Origin: the human T2T-CHM13v2.0 reference genome, Homo sapiens
NCBI RefSeq assembly: GCF_009914755.1
Contig: NC_060926.1
Length of the DNA stretch: 64,000 nt
Direction: 5' to 3' (one strand)
This document shows, in pieces, positions 11,636 to 28,150 of this stretch (positions are counted from its first letter, which is position 1; the number at the start of each line of letters is the position of its first letter). The notes under the pieces were generated by a model, which worked only from the letters and a program-made list of their open reading frames with translations, made no database searches and was not told where the DNA came from. The translations under genes were made by a program, and so were the position numbers.

Positions 11636-12320
11636 TGTAAACTGAAAATAAAATTCTAAGCCCCCTGACTGAATTGACCTTCTCCTGGCCAAAAGGATCC
11701 CAGAGTAACCTTGAAGACTGAATTCTCAGCCATGGTGGATCAGGGAGTCAGACATACCTCCTTATAACCCCTCCCTCACTAACCACTATGAGGCTTTCTT
11801 CCCTAAGGGCTAAACAGAAATCAGCCCTTTCAAAAGACTCCCCCACTGACATGGACCAACCACCTGACACTTTCCCTCCATTGGTGCCTCATAAGAGACC
11901 ACCCACTAGGGAATGATTCTAGCCATTCCACTGAGAATGTGCAGTAAGGATTTTTGTGTCCTCTGCTTCACCTTTTAATGTCAGAGGGCCGAAAACTCTA
12001 CCCTCGGATCATGCTAATGTCGCCATTTTTTCCACATGGATCCCACAAAGGGGCATGAAGCTCAGTTGAGGATGTGCATGCTTCTCCTCTCATAAATATT
12101 CATGACTCCTCCTATAACTTATTGAACATATATATTTGGCCACCGTGCTTAGCATAAATTTCTGTTTCCTTTTTCCCTCCCTTGAAGTGTCTGTTTCTGG
12201 CTTCTGGCTGGAAGTTATGCTTCCCAACCTGTCAGAAGGTCACTCTGCAGGCTGCAGCCCTTTATAAGAAATAAAGCTCTCCTTTCCAAATTTATGAACC
12301 TCATCATTCTTCAGGTGATA
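11636..12320 (+). mobile_element. Solo LTR, MER39-like (ERV1)
   Basis: Starts TGTAAACTGAAAATAAAATTCTAAGCCCCC, has AATAAA, 4-bp TSD ATCA. Confidence 0.8.
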
Positions 12321-12591
12321 ATCATATAAACGTCTACTTAAGTTTGCTTTCAGTCTGTCATGTGAATTCAGTCATTCTCACTATATTCCTTTTGTGGTAT
12401 ACTGGTCTGGGTTAAAGAGACCCTCTAGGGATTATTATACAGTTTCGTCTTGTTTGAGAGCTCAGCAGCTGATGATTATCACAGATTTGTATAGAGTGGA
12501 CACTACCAGATGTCCAGCACATCTGTCACAGCAGATGTGACATTGAGCCAAGTCTATTTCTGTCTAGGTGTATGATACTTGGTGCTATACT

Positions 12592-13323
12592 TTGGATATG
12601 GTTTGTCGCCATCAAATCTCATGTTGAAATTTGATTCCTAATGTTGGAGGTGGGGCCTAATGGGAAGTGTTTGGGTCATGGGTGGATCCCTCATGAATGG
12701 TTTTTGCCTCATTCTCACTGTAACGAGTGAGTCCTTGCTCTGTTAGTTCTCATGAGAACTGGTTGAAAAAAAAAAAAAAAGAGCAGCCTGGCACGGTGGC
12801 TCACACCTGTAATCCCAGGACTTTGGGAGGCTGAGGTGGGTGGATCACCTGAGGTTGGGAGTTTGAGACCAGGCTAACCAACGTGGAGAAACCCTGTCTC
12901 TACTAAAAACACAAAATTAGCTGGGCATGGTGGTGCATGCCTATAATCCCAGCTACTTGGGAGGATGAGGCAGGAGAATCGCTTGAACCTGGGAAGCTGG
13001 GAGGGAGAGGTTGCGGTGAGCCAAGAGCATGCCATTGCACTCTAGCCTGGGCAACAAGAGCAAAACTCCATCTCAGAAAAAAAGCCTGGCACCCCACCCT
13101 GTCTCTTGTTTCCTCTCTGGCCATGTGGTCTCTACCCCACACAGGCTGCCCTTGCCTTCTGTCATGAGGGGAAGTCACCTGAGGCCCTCAATAGAAGCTG
13201 ATTCTGGTGCCATGCTTCTTGTACAGTCTGAAGAACCATAAGTCAAGTAAACCTCTTTTTAAAAAAAAAAATTACCCAGCCTCAGATATTCTTTTATAGC
13301 AATACTAAATGGACTAAGAAACA
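12592..13323 (+). mobile_element. MST (MaLR) LTR interrupted by an Alu
   Basis: GATATGGTTTG...AAATCTCATGTTGAAATTTGAT...GGACTAAGA. Confidence 0.8.
12785..13083 (+). mobile_element. AluS
   Basis: Full dimeric Alu inside the MST LTR. Confidence 0.95.
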
Positions 13324-13647
13324 TGGTCTATACAGTCAATTTTGTTCATTTCTTTAATATTTATTGAATATAGACAATGTGCAAGGCACTGGTTAGAGAT
13401 GTGGAGACTATGAAGTTGGCAAATAGAGAATAATAATATTGAGAATCCTGCAAAGTAACCAAATTGATTTTAGAAGCTCCTTTATGAAATAGACTTTAGG
13501 CTTTAGTCTTCTTGGATCTTTACTTGGAAATTTAGGTATTCCTGATTTTAACAGATTCATTTTTTTAAGTCCCAGAGTAGAAGAAAATGGAGGTTGAACA
13601 CTGAAACATTGACTTTGAAAACTGAACATCTCTGTCAATCCCACAAT

Positions 13648-13649
13648 CT

Positions 13650-13685
<36 letters not shown>
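13648..13685. repeat. (TG)n microsatellite
   Basis: Seen directly. Confidence 0.95.
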
Positions 13686-13687
<2 letters not shown>

Positions 13688-14530
13688 GGGTATGAGCTAC
13701 AACACAATCTTGAATTGTCACTAAACCATTTTTAAAATAATTGGTCAACCACCCATCACATCACTTGTATTCACAATCCCATAAAGTTATCAGACCAGAG
13801 TGATTTTTCTCTAATCTAGATGTACATTAAAATGTGCATCTCATTTAAAGATAGTTTTGGTACATCAAAGTGAATGTTGATAAACATGTAAGACAATGGA
13901 ATATAAAGTTCAATGCATGTCCTGCATTCTCTCCATCTAACCATTTTTGTGGTGCCAATGCCTATTTTCAGGTGTCAATGATGAAGAACTGGAAAAAGAT
14001 ATAGTTAAAACAAAAATTGCTAAAGAAAAAAATGCATGCTTTTTTGGATTCATTTCTACTCTTTCATATCAATATGTTTTCTAACATTTCTTAAGTGCTG
14101 AGAAAATTTTCCTTTTTGTTATCCTCAATAGCAGGTGGCAGCTGAAATTGTTCAATTATATGCTTTGTTAAAACCTTATAAATAATTTAAATACTATTAT
14201 TACAGTCAGCTAAAGCCTATGCTCAAATTATATTTTCTTTTGTTTAAATTCCCAAATATATCTCACCTGCTACCCTACATTCACCCCCAGTAAAGTCCCA
14301 AAGCCCGTGGGCTAGGTAGGGCATTATTGTTTTAGAATGTTACCAAGTTGGCCTAGAAGAGTACTTGATTTGTTGCGACAACTGTTGTTGTTCTCTAGGT
14401 AGAGTGTTGCGTAAAGGAAACAGTGATGTCCAAAGGGGCTGGACTGGCAGATTGGAAGTAGGGAGACCCAAGGTCAGCATTATGACATGGAGGATATGAG
14501 TAACCACCATAATGATTTAAGATATCTGAA

Positions 14531-14932
14531 CAGGGTTGCCAGAAAAAATACATGCCACACAGTTAAATTTGAATTTCAGATAACTGATTTCTTAAAGCAT
14601 AAGCATACCTCATACAATTTGTTTTATATTTACTATACTTTAAGTTCTGGGATACACGTGCAGAACTTGCAGGTTTGTTACATAGGTATACACGTGCCTT
14701 GGTGGTTTGCTGCACCCATCAACCTGTCATCTACATTGAGTATTTCTCCTATCCCTCCCCTAGGCCCCCACCCCTCGATAGGCCCCAGTGTGTGATATTC
14801 CCTTCCCTGTGTCCATGTGTTCTCATTGTCTATATTTGGGGCCCACTGCTAGTAAACATTATTCATTGTTTATCTGAAAGTCAAATATAACTGGACAGTT
14901 TGTATGTTTAGTTTCCAAATGTAGCAGCCCTA
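14531..14932. mobile_element. MER53 palindromic MITE interrupted by an L1
   Basis: CAGGGTTGCCAG...GTTAAATTTGAATTTCAGATAA arm and inverted arm TTATCTGAAAGTCAAAT...GCAGCCCTA. Confidence 0.75.
14620..14829 (-). mobile_element. L1PA 3'UTR fragment
   Basis: ATACTTTAAGTTCTGGGATACACGTGCAG...TTCTCATTGT is an antisense L1PA 3' end. Confidence 0.9.
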
Positions 14933-15627
14933 AATATGAAGAAAGTCTTCTCTGCTAAAAAAATTATTTTCCTGCTTCCTGAAATTCAATTAATTAGCAT
15001 TTTCAGTTCAGTTAGCAAGCGCTTCCTTTTAAAAGACAAGTATCTCTGGGAGTACATGAGTCGTTTATGCATCAATGAGACTACTTACTTCTCAATGTAA
15101 AATGCATTTCTCACTGTCAAAGTGGGTTAATCAATCAGAGAGAGGGCGTAAGAGTTCTTTTTTTGGTTGACTAGGTAGGGGATGGGGCTGGCTGGGACCT
15201 GTTAATTTCAGTGGAAGAATACATATGGATGAATTACTTTTAGTGGGGATTTTCTGATGGAATGAATTATCAATGTGCCAGGAAGAGACTATATAAAAAG
15301 ATGGAATGGGGGTAGAGAGTGTAAGGTGGTACTGACAGAAAAAACTCACTCATTCTAGGATTTTTCTTGAACAATTAAATACTCATGAGAGGAACCAGTG
15401 TTGGGTTTTATTTTTCAAACATGGATGATGGTAAATGTTAAAACCAGTGGCAAGCATATTTTCACATTTCTTTCATTATTAAAAGTATTGATGTAAGATT
15501 ATCCTCAAATATATGAGTAGTGCATCTTTGCACATTAAGGACTCCTCCTTTATTTTATCACTTCGCTTTAACTCCGTAGGTCCTATACAAACCAAAGAAA
15601 TTATCTTCCTTCCTTCCTTCCTTCTTT

Positions 15628-15629
<2 letters not shown>

Positions 15630-15658
<29 letters not shown>

Positions 15659-15930
15659 GATATAGGGTATTGCCCTGTCACACAGGCTGGAGTGCAGTGA
15701 TGAGATCATGGCTCACTGTAGCCTCAAACTTCTGGCCCCGAGTGATACTCACACCTCAGGCTCCTGAGTAGCTGGGATGCATACCAGCATGCCCAGCTGA
15801 TTTTTAAACTTTCGTACAGGCAGTATCTCTCTATGTTGCCCAGGTGGTCTTGAACTCCTGGCCTCAAGTGATCCTCTTGCCTCAGCCTCCCAAATTGCTG
15901 GGATGACAGGCATGAGCCATTGTATCCAGC
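15630..15930 (-). mobile_element. AluJ with adjacent (TTCC)n
   Basis: Antisense Alu with T29 tail. Confidence 0.9.
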
Positions 15931-16633
15931 AAGAAAGAGAAAAGAATTTAAACTTCTAAAGATGAAACTGCTACACGTGGACAGCCATAACAACAAAGAG
16001 AAGAGTACTCTTAAGCATTTGTGAAAGTCAGAAACCTATAAACTTTTGGGAAACAAAATAAGTATATTTTCCCTTTAATCTTACAAGTGATGCAATACAC
16101 TTCTAGCAAAAGTGAAAGGGCAAATAGGAATTTTGCAACATTGAGCTCTCTTTAAGCAGAAGCCAGGCCATAGGTTCTTCACTAGTCACCAGGGTCTACA
16201 GCCTTTATTGTCTTTACCAGTCACTAGGTATGAGACATTTTCTCATAAAATGTAACTACTATACATTCGCCACAAACTTTAAACCCCCTTTTCACCTCCC
16301 ATGGTACCCAGAAGAGTGATAGGTACTTAATAGGTCCTCAAAAATTTTCAGCTAATGAATAATTGTTAATTAAAACTTATACTAGAAGCAAACTCTTAAA
16401 ACATATTCTAAGTACTAAAGTCTAATATTTTATATCTATTGGTTTATTCATATTCTTGTTTGTTAATCCTAATCAAATAGTGCAAAGTTTAAATTTCATT
16501 TTCCTAAGATTTGTTTTAAAATAACACGATTTACCCAAGTGATTTCAAACCACAATTACATTCTGTTTAAATTACTAATATTTTATTGCATCACAATCTG
16601 CATGAAACAGATGTCAGGATATAATGAACTAAC

Positions 16634-16826
16634 CTGCATTGTATTTTTATTTTTGTCTCCTGTGGCATAACGATTTCATAGGAAAGAGAACTACACAGCT
16701 GACTGACTGATGGGGAAAGTTACACAATGGATAGCTTTGCAGCAACATACTAATGCGGTAGGGAGATGCTGCAGAGAGGCTAGAAATAAAATCATTTCTT
16801 TCCGGAGCAGCACTGCTTGCTGTCGG
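16634..16826 (-). other. SCN1A: Probable alternative SCN1A non-coding exon (1c)
   Basis: Unique, relatively GC/CpG-rich block with donor CAG|GTTAGT (16634/16633) and acceptor TCTCTTTTTTGTCTCAG| (16827); position fits the described 1c exon. 5' end is uncertain if used as a first exon. Confidence 0.6.
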
Positions 16827-17756
16827 CTGAGACAAAAAAGAGATTTCCTTTTTTTCCTTTCTTTTTTTTGAAAACTCACATAACATTAATTCTGTTAAGC
16901 ACTGGATACACGGAAAGGTGTTTACCTTAGAAAATCATTTAGCAATTTTTAGAAACTAGACATATAGCAATTTTAAATCTTTTTAACTATCTAATGACCA
17001 AAGCAGAGGGTCCTCACAAGAGGGATTTAGATGCTACTGAATTGAATAAAGAAAATATGGATACATTTATTGTATGCCTTATTCAGTTTGAGGTTCATTT
17101 TGAGTTTAGAAATAGGGATATAAAAACATCAGGGGTTAAATAGCATGGGTAAAGGACATGAACCAAGCTGCAGAGAAGAGGCTGACTGCCTGCTACATTT
17201 GCAGGCATTACTCAGCACTTTTCTTAAACCGATACATCTTGCTGGCTGCATAAGCAAGACAAGACCCTTTTCCCTATGGCTCAGGAAGGCAGAGAAGTCA
17301 ACTTCAGCCTTGAAAAAGGCAAATACTTTAGTGCAATAATGAAATCAACTAAACGTCTTGTGCTTAATGTTTCTTTCCCCACGCCACTAGAATTGTATGC
17401 ATAATCATTCTATGCAACATATTGAAGAAACCAAAATGTTTGCCACAGTGTGCTCAGTAATTTTTTTTTGAATGAATGAATAACTGAATTCATGATCAAT
17501 GCCTTATCCTAGGTCACCTGCTCAGTGCACGGGCTATAGGAAGGGCAAATGTCACTGTCCTTCCCACCCATCTCATTCTAACACAAGTGTTATCATCAAA
17601 CTAAGGAAACTAAAACATGTAGCCATAAAACAACTGTTTAGAGCTTCATTCAGATAATATTTTTTTCTTTAAAATCCAAGAATGTAATACCAAATTTTAA
17701 TTAAGCGAAGGCGTCTTTGTGGAGAACTTAAATAATATGGCATATTGCTTTCTGTT

Positions 17757-17975
17757 TATCTAGTAGAGACTACACTTTGAAAATATAGACCATTGCATTC
17801 ATAAAAATCATGTGGAGATCTTTTTGAAAACACATAGTCCAAGGTCCCACCTCAAGATTTTGTTTCAGAGATCTAAGGTGGACCTAGAATCTGTGTTTAA
17901 ACTGCTTGTCCAGGTGATCAGGATGTAGCACTCATAGTTAATGAATGGGCAAATTTTGAGAAACACTGTTTTAGA
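17757..17975. mobile_element. MER5-like hAT MITE
   Basis: CCTAGAATCTGTGTTTAAAC...TTTGAGAAACACTG. Confidence 0.55.
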
Positions 17976-18124
17976 GAATGGTCTAGGAAAAGCATCCATT
18001 ACAAATATAAAAAAGCAAGCTTTTGGTACCTAAGGGACTGAGTCGATTCATGCAGGTATTGGTTTGTTGATTAAAGATGCATCCATAATTCAATTAATTT
18101 AAATGTTAGAACAGGTCATATCTT

Positions 18125-18265
18125 TTGGGTTTATTTTTAATTGTTTCGTACAGATGAGGTCTCGCTATGTTGCCTAGGCTAGTCTTGAACTCCTGGCCTC
18201 AAGTGATCCTTCTGCCTCAGCATCGGGAGTCACTGGGATTAAAGGCATGAGCCACCATGCTCAGG
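18125..18265 (-). mobile_element. Alu left monomer (FLAM-like)
   Basis: GGTCTCGCTATGTTGCCTAGGCT...GAGCCACCATGC. Confidence 0.85.
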
Positions 18266-18934
18266 TAGGAAAAAATCATTTCTTACATGGAGATTTATTT
18301 TCTCAACCAGGTAAGTTTTGTGATAAGATCATTAAACTTAGAATAAGAATAGTCAGGTTCAAAATTTGGTTGTAGTCCTTAACAAAACTGTGATATTAAA
18401 ATAGTACCTTGGCCTTGCTTAGCTTCAATTCTATCATTTATAAAATGGGAATAATTTTTATAATAACACATGATAGGTGCCAACTCAGCCCTCACTCCTT
18501 TTTTGAAATTGTCCTCCATGTAACCCATACTGAAAGTATAAACTATGTTTATACCATGTGACTCTTTCACCCCTTTCCCATGGCCACAGCTTGGTAGGTT
18601 TTATGAGGACGCTGATCACGGGGCACTCATCTATAGGCTTAACTGAAACAATAGAATTTGCTTTCTGGGTGATGTTTAAATGAAGTAAGAGTGAGTGAGT
18701 CAGAATGTTATGAGAAGATGCACTGCATGACCTAGAGTTGAGGATGAGGAAGCTATGTCTGGCCATGACCAAGCAGAGGATATCGGCCAAAGCAGAAAAA
18801 AAAAACAGAAATAACAGTAGCCATGCAAGCATTCAGAAAGAATGTAGGCTGTGTTGATATGTTTCTGGACTTCTCATTCCAGTTTAATCTCTTTATGGCT
18901 TACTTGGGTTTTGGCCTATGGGATTTTCAGTTGA

Positions 18935-19243
<309 letters not shown>

Positions 19244-20649
19244 TGAATTCTTATAATAAATAAACCATTTTACTTATACCCGCTTAAATGTGCCTTTATG
19301 TTTTGAATACAAGTGTTCTGACAAAAGCACAATGTAAAAACACTGAACATAACATGTTCTTAACTTTTGTTTTAAAACAAAAGAAAAAAATGGAGGTTCA
19401 GCAAAGTTAAATAGCACAAGTTAATAAAGTGATGACCATTGTCAGACAGTTTGGAGGAAGTTTGAGATTTAAATCCGGGTCTAATCTTTCACAGTTCAAT
19501 GCTCTTGTTTTAAAACCAGAAATTCAGGCAGCAAGACTGATATTTCATTAGAAACACTTATGACCCCAATATGTTTTCACATTGAGAAACTGAGTCATTC
19601 TACTTTTTCATGAAAATAGCTAAAAGAATCCTTATCGGTCAAATCTTTCACACACACACACACAAAAATGATCTTTAACATTATTTCAAGTACTTGGACA
19701 AATACCAAGTTGGGATACCAGAGATCTATGTTATGAAGGATGGATAAAACATCTGATAAGAAAAAAAGAAAGCCATTATTATTACACCTTAAATATTAAA
19801 TGAGAAAACAAGGAATGACCCTTGGAGAACGACTAATTTTGAGAATTGTATACTGATAGACGTGTTGGAATGGACTACTTGCAAACAGAATCACTGAGCC
19901 ACTTAATGAGTTGAGTGGTTGAAAGTGTCCTTTTAAATGATCAATTTAGACCCCAGAGAATATCTGCCAGACAGAACAAGTTTTAGTGTAGTTGATAGTA
20001 AGTTGTGCCCAGAATATTAAATTGAGTCAAATTTATTTTCCACATAAAGTCACAGTTTTATATGTCATTATATAATCTCTTGGCAGAAATAAGGAATAAC
20101 ATTCTGAATGTTGCACTCCAAAATTCAAAGAATCTTAGTATAAAAATATCTAGCATTTTAGATGTTTCAAAGTAGGGCCAAATGCAGAAAATAAGTTGGA
20201 TATGATAAAAATACCAGAAAGTTCTATTCAGTTGGCATCTTACTAGCAATTTCATCTTCTAATAATTTAGTTGCTACGCATGGAGTAGAATAGAATTTAA
20301 CAACAACAAAAGATCATTAAATACCAATCAACCAAACAACCAAACACCAAAGGACCTATTAAACTTCAACGATGCTCAGTTATACTCTTGAGGGTACAGG
20401 GCTCAATAATAACATTCAGAATGTTATTCCTATCAGAGATGGGCAGTGTGCTCCTTTCCTGTGTAGTCTATGGGATCTATCTATGTAACCCTCCATGTGC
20501 TCCTACCCTTCCCCTTCAGCTGTTAAAAACACAATGCCAAAATCAGGATCAAACAAAAATTGCAGTTACACTTCTGAATTTGGCAACATCTATTTCACCA
20601 CTCCTTTTAGATCATTTGGTCTTTATTATTCTGCTTTATATTGTATTTG

Positions 20650-20860
20650 ATTTTGTAAGTCAGATCAAATAATTTTTGGAAATAGAAAACAAACAAATAA
20701 GCTCCCCATTGCTACAGTTTATACCCATTTTAAATGATTTATCTTTCCATAGGGATAAAAATTCAATTACGTACCCTCCTTGTGACAAACCTCCATACAA
20801 TTGAAGGCAGTTATTATGTCTCTCTTTAGTTTTCTCTTTTCCAAGCTGAAAAATTTTCAA
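20650..20860 (-). mobile_element. CR1/L3 LINE 3' remnant
   Basis: Decayed similarity to the CR1 C-terminal LFSLEKRRLRGD region. Confidence 0.5.
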
Positions 20861-21910
20861 TATTTTAACCCATAGGTATGATATAATTATTTGTATTCCT
20901 CTTTTGCTCCCTTCTAATTTCTGCCCAACTTCACTAATCTCCTTAGGGTAGAAACTGTAATAGAATAATGGTGATAAGAACAGTAAAAAGATGATGTCTG
21001 ATTTTTGTATACATTTCCCTTAGTACGAATTACTGTGTCAAGTTTTTTAGTAATATAATACCTTTATTTAGCCTTTGTCATTGTACAAGCCAGTTTGACA
21101 TTTTAACAAAGGGGGATTGAAACAATAAAACTGATCTTTAAATATAAAAATATCCCATGATCCCATGATTCTCCTGTTCTTCCTGCTATCAATCAGAAAC
21201 AACGATGCCTGTTAAATAAAAGAGCCTTATTGGTTCTACCAAATTTGTGACTAATTAGCTTCTCTGCCATCCTGTTATTTGTATAGTTTGTTCTTGGTTC
21301 AAAATATACTACACGCTAACCAAACTTGACACTAGAGTCTCACTTGCCTTGATGGGCCAATTCCTAAAGGTTTCAAGGTTATTCTGTTTCCTATTTATAC
21401 ATTCCTCAGAGCTATTAATATCAGTTTCACTTAAAATTTATATTTAATGTCAATACCCAGCATGAAAAACTATTAAATGGTAATAGTCTTTAGATTAATT
21501 TAGATAAATGGTAATTAATATATTTTTCCAGGATGTCATAAAATCATCATTACTTACCTTGAACCACTTGAACCCTCCCCTAAAAGCAATATGATACAGA
21601 TGAATAATTGCAGAAAATTAGGCCCAGATTTATTCTAAAGTTTTCAAGAATTCATAATGTCCCACTCCAGTTTTGGATTCATGTTAAATACATGTCTTAC
21701 AAACATTCACACTATATTCTTTTTAAATTATACAAATGTAAGTATTTAATAAAATGCAAATTCTCTCAAAGAGTTATTGACTCCACAGAAGACTTTTGAG
21801 AGTCAATGTCTATTGTTACTATCAACTGACACTGAAAGTTCAATTTCTTTCATTCATATGGTAGTCCATAATTCTGATATGAAAGTTGGAAATCAGGGAT
21901 GAAAAATCAC

Positions 21911-22206
21911 TTTTTTTTTTGGTTGTTGTTACAGAGTCTCGCTCTGTCGCCCAGGCTGGAGTGCAGTGGTGTGAATTCGGCTCACTGCAAGCTCCGCCTC
22001 CCTGGTTCAAACAATTCTCTGCTTCAGCTTCCCGAGTAGCTGGGATTACAGGCACCCACCACCACACCCAGCTAATTTTTGTATTTTTAGTAGAGACAGG
22101 GTTTCACCATGTTGGCCAGGCTGGTCTTGAACTCCTGACCTCGTGATCCACCCACCTCGGCCTCCCAAAGTGCTGGGATTACAGGCGTGAGCCACTGCGC
22201 CCAGCC
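21911..22206 (-). mobile_element. AluS
   Basis: Full antisense Alu. Confidence 0.95.
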
Positions 22207-22594
22207 TGAGAGATCATGTTTTTTATAAGAACATATACATGTATAGATATGCAAATACCTTCTTAAAGCACAGATAAGTGGTATCCATTATTTTTTTCTT
22301 GATCAACATGACATTTTGCTTCAACTCAAAAGAAAATTACATTGATCTGACAATTTCTTTTCACAAGGTCATAGTAATTTTATTCTATGCTATTCTAGGT
22401 GACTATTAATTTTAATATATGTGTGACTTTTTGTTGTTTTTGTTTTGTTTTTATTGAAATTTGAAGATACTGAGTTAAGATGAAAGTCCTAAAGTTCTTC
22501 AATCACTTTTCTGAAATCTAGACCTCCAAATTTGCCCTTTCATAAAGTTTACCACTAGACTTAACAAAACACTCTAAGTGTTCACCATTAGTGA

Positions 22595-22922
<328 letters not shown>

Positions 22923-23230
22923 TAACAATTTACAAATGTACAGTGATTACACTTCGTTTCTATTTTTGAAACTTTTTTCACCTTCCTTCCTAGAAGGGGA
23001 AACCTATTAATAGTTCTAGAAATCTCAATGCCTACCTCATCCTTTAGTCTTTATTAATTTGTTTTTTCTAAATGCCAGGGTTTGAAAATCAGATAAACAC
23101 CATCTCTAGAGATCTGCTATATGTTTAAAAAAATGCTTATACGTGAGATTATCTAGACTTCACTTTGAAATAAGAGATATAAAATTATATTTGGTATGTT
23201 CAAAGGTACTTGTATTCAATTAAAAAAAAA

Positions 23231-23507
23231 TAGGGTCTTGCCCTGTCACCCAGGCTGGCGTGCAGTGGCATGATCATAGCTCACTGCAGCCTTGAACTAC
23301 TGGGCTCAAGTGATCCCTTCCTCAGCCTCCTCAGTAGCTTGGAGTACAGATGTGTATCACCTGACCAGCTAATTTTTAAAAATATTTTGTAGGGACAGGG
23401 TCTCACTTTGCTGCCTAGGTGGATCTTGAACTACTAGCTTCAAGCAATCCTTCCACCTTGGTCTCCCAAATTTCTGGGATTACAGGCATGAGCTATCACA
23501 CCTAGCC
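23231..23507 (-). mobile_element. AluJ
   Basis: Diverged antisense Alu. Confidence 0.9.
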
Positions 23508-24689
23508 TCTATTTGAAGTTGTATTCTAGAGTCTTGTAGAATTAGAAAACTTTTATCTAGATAAATAGAGGTCATTGTAGAAATATTTGTATGCAATCTG
23601 CCTTGTTTGGATGAAGTTTTCTTCTCTTGCATTTGTAACAATTCACAAGAAATATCTATCTGTCTATCAAAATCTGGCAGAGACACAATGAAAAAAGAAA
23701 ACTTTAAGCTAACATCCCTGATGAATATAGACACAAAAATCCTCAACAAAATACTAGCAAATTGAACCCAGCAGCACATCCAAAAAGCTAATCCACCATG
23801 ATCAAGTAGGCTTTATTCCTAGGATGCAAGGTTGGTTCAACATATACATATCAATAGATGTGATTCATCACATAAACAGAACTAAAAACAAAAAACCACA
23901 TGATCATCTTAATTAAGATGCGGAAAAGGCTTTCAATAAAATTCAACATCTCTTCATGTTAAAAACCCTCAACAAATTAGGCCAAAGCATAAGAGCCATC
24001 TATAACCAACTCACAGCCAACATCATACTGAGGAGGCAAAAGATGAAAGCATTCTCCCTAAGAACTGAAACGAAACAAGGGTGCTCACTCTTACCACTCC
24101 TACTCAACATAACGCTGGAAGTCCTAGCCAGAGCAACCAGGCAGGAGAAAGAAATAAAAGGCATCCAAATACGAAGAGAGGAAGTCAAACTATCTCTCTT
24201 TGAAAATGATATGATTTTATACCTAGAAAACAAAACCCCACAGTCTCTTCCCAAAGGCTCCTAGATCAAATAAACAACTTCAGGAAAGTTTCAGGATGAA
24301 AAATTAATGTACAAAAATCAGTAGCATTTCCATACACCAATAACATCCAAGCTGAGAGCCAAGTCAATAATGCAATCTCATTCACGATAGCCACGAAAAG
24401 TATAAAATACCTAGTAACACAGCTAACCAGGGAGATGAAAGATCTCTACAACAAGAATTATGAAACACTGATGAAAGAAATCAGAGATGGCACACACAAA
24501 TAGAAAAACATTCCATGCTCATGGGTAGGAAGAATTAATATTGTTAAAATGACTATGCCACCCAAAGCAATTTACAGATTCAATGCTATTTCTATCAAAC
24601 TACCAATGTCATTTTTCACAGAATTAGAAAAACTATTTGAAAATTCATATAAAACCCAAAAAGATCCTGACTAGCCAAAGCAATCCTAA

Positions 24690-27140
<2,451 letters not shown>

Positions 27141-27833
27141 AAAAACAGACACATAGACCAATGAAACAGAAGAGAGAACCCAGAAATAAAGTCACACACA
27201 TACGACGTTCTGATCTTGAACACAATCGATAATAGCAAGCAAGGCAGAAAAGACTCCCTGTTAAATAAACTGTGCTGGGATAACTGGCTAACCATACGCA
27301 GAAGATTGAAACTGGACCCCTTCCTTTCACCATATACAAAAATCAGTTCAAGATGGATTAAAGACTTAAATGTAAGACCTAAAACTCTAAACCCTAGAAG
27401 AAAACTAAGAAATACCTCGATTAAGGCCTTGGCAAAGATTTCATGACAAAGTCTCCAAAAGCAATTGCAACAAAACCAAAAATAGACAAGTGGGACCTAA
27501 TTAAAATAAAGAGCATCTGCACAACAAAAACAAAACTATCAATAGAGTAAACAGACAACCAGCAGAATGGGAGAAAATATTTGCAAACCATGCATATGAT
27601 GAAGGTCTAATATCCAGTATCTATAAGGAACTTACATAAATCAACAAGTGAAAAACAACCCCATTTAAAAATGGGCAAAGAATTAAAAAGACAGTTCTCA
27701 AAAGAATACATACACGTGACCAACAAGCATATGAAAAAATGCTCAACATCATGAATCATTAGAGAAATGAAAATCAAAACCACAATGAGATACCATCTCA
27801 CACCAGTCAGAATGACAATTTTTAAAAAGTCAT

Positions 27834-28150
27834 GGGCGGGGCGCGGTGACTCGCGCCTGCAATCCCAGCACTTTGGGAGGTTGAGGCGGGCGGATCACGA
27901 GGTCAGGATATCGAGACCATCCTGACTAACACGGTGAAACCCCATTTCTACTAAAAATACAAAAAATTAGCCGGGTGTGGTGGTGGGCGCCTGTAGTCCC
28001 AGCTACTCAGGAGGCTGAGGCAGGAGAATGGCGTGAACCCAGGAGGCGGAGCTTGGAGTGAGCCGAGATCGCTCCACAGCACTCCATTCCAGCCTGGGCG
28101 ACAGAGTAAGATTACATCTCAAAAAAAAAAAAAAGAAAAAAAAGAAAAAA
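27834..28150 (+). mobile_element. AluY inside the older L1
   Basis: GATCACGAGGTCAGG, ATCGAGACCATCC and AATGGCGTG diagnostics; TSD AAAAAGTCA. Confidence 0.92.

Noticed and set aside
14531-14932. Novel inverted repeat or miRNA hairpin
   Set aside because: Explained by the palindromic MER53 MITE, which is disrupted by an L1.
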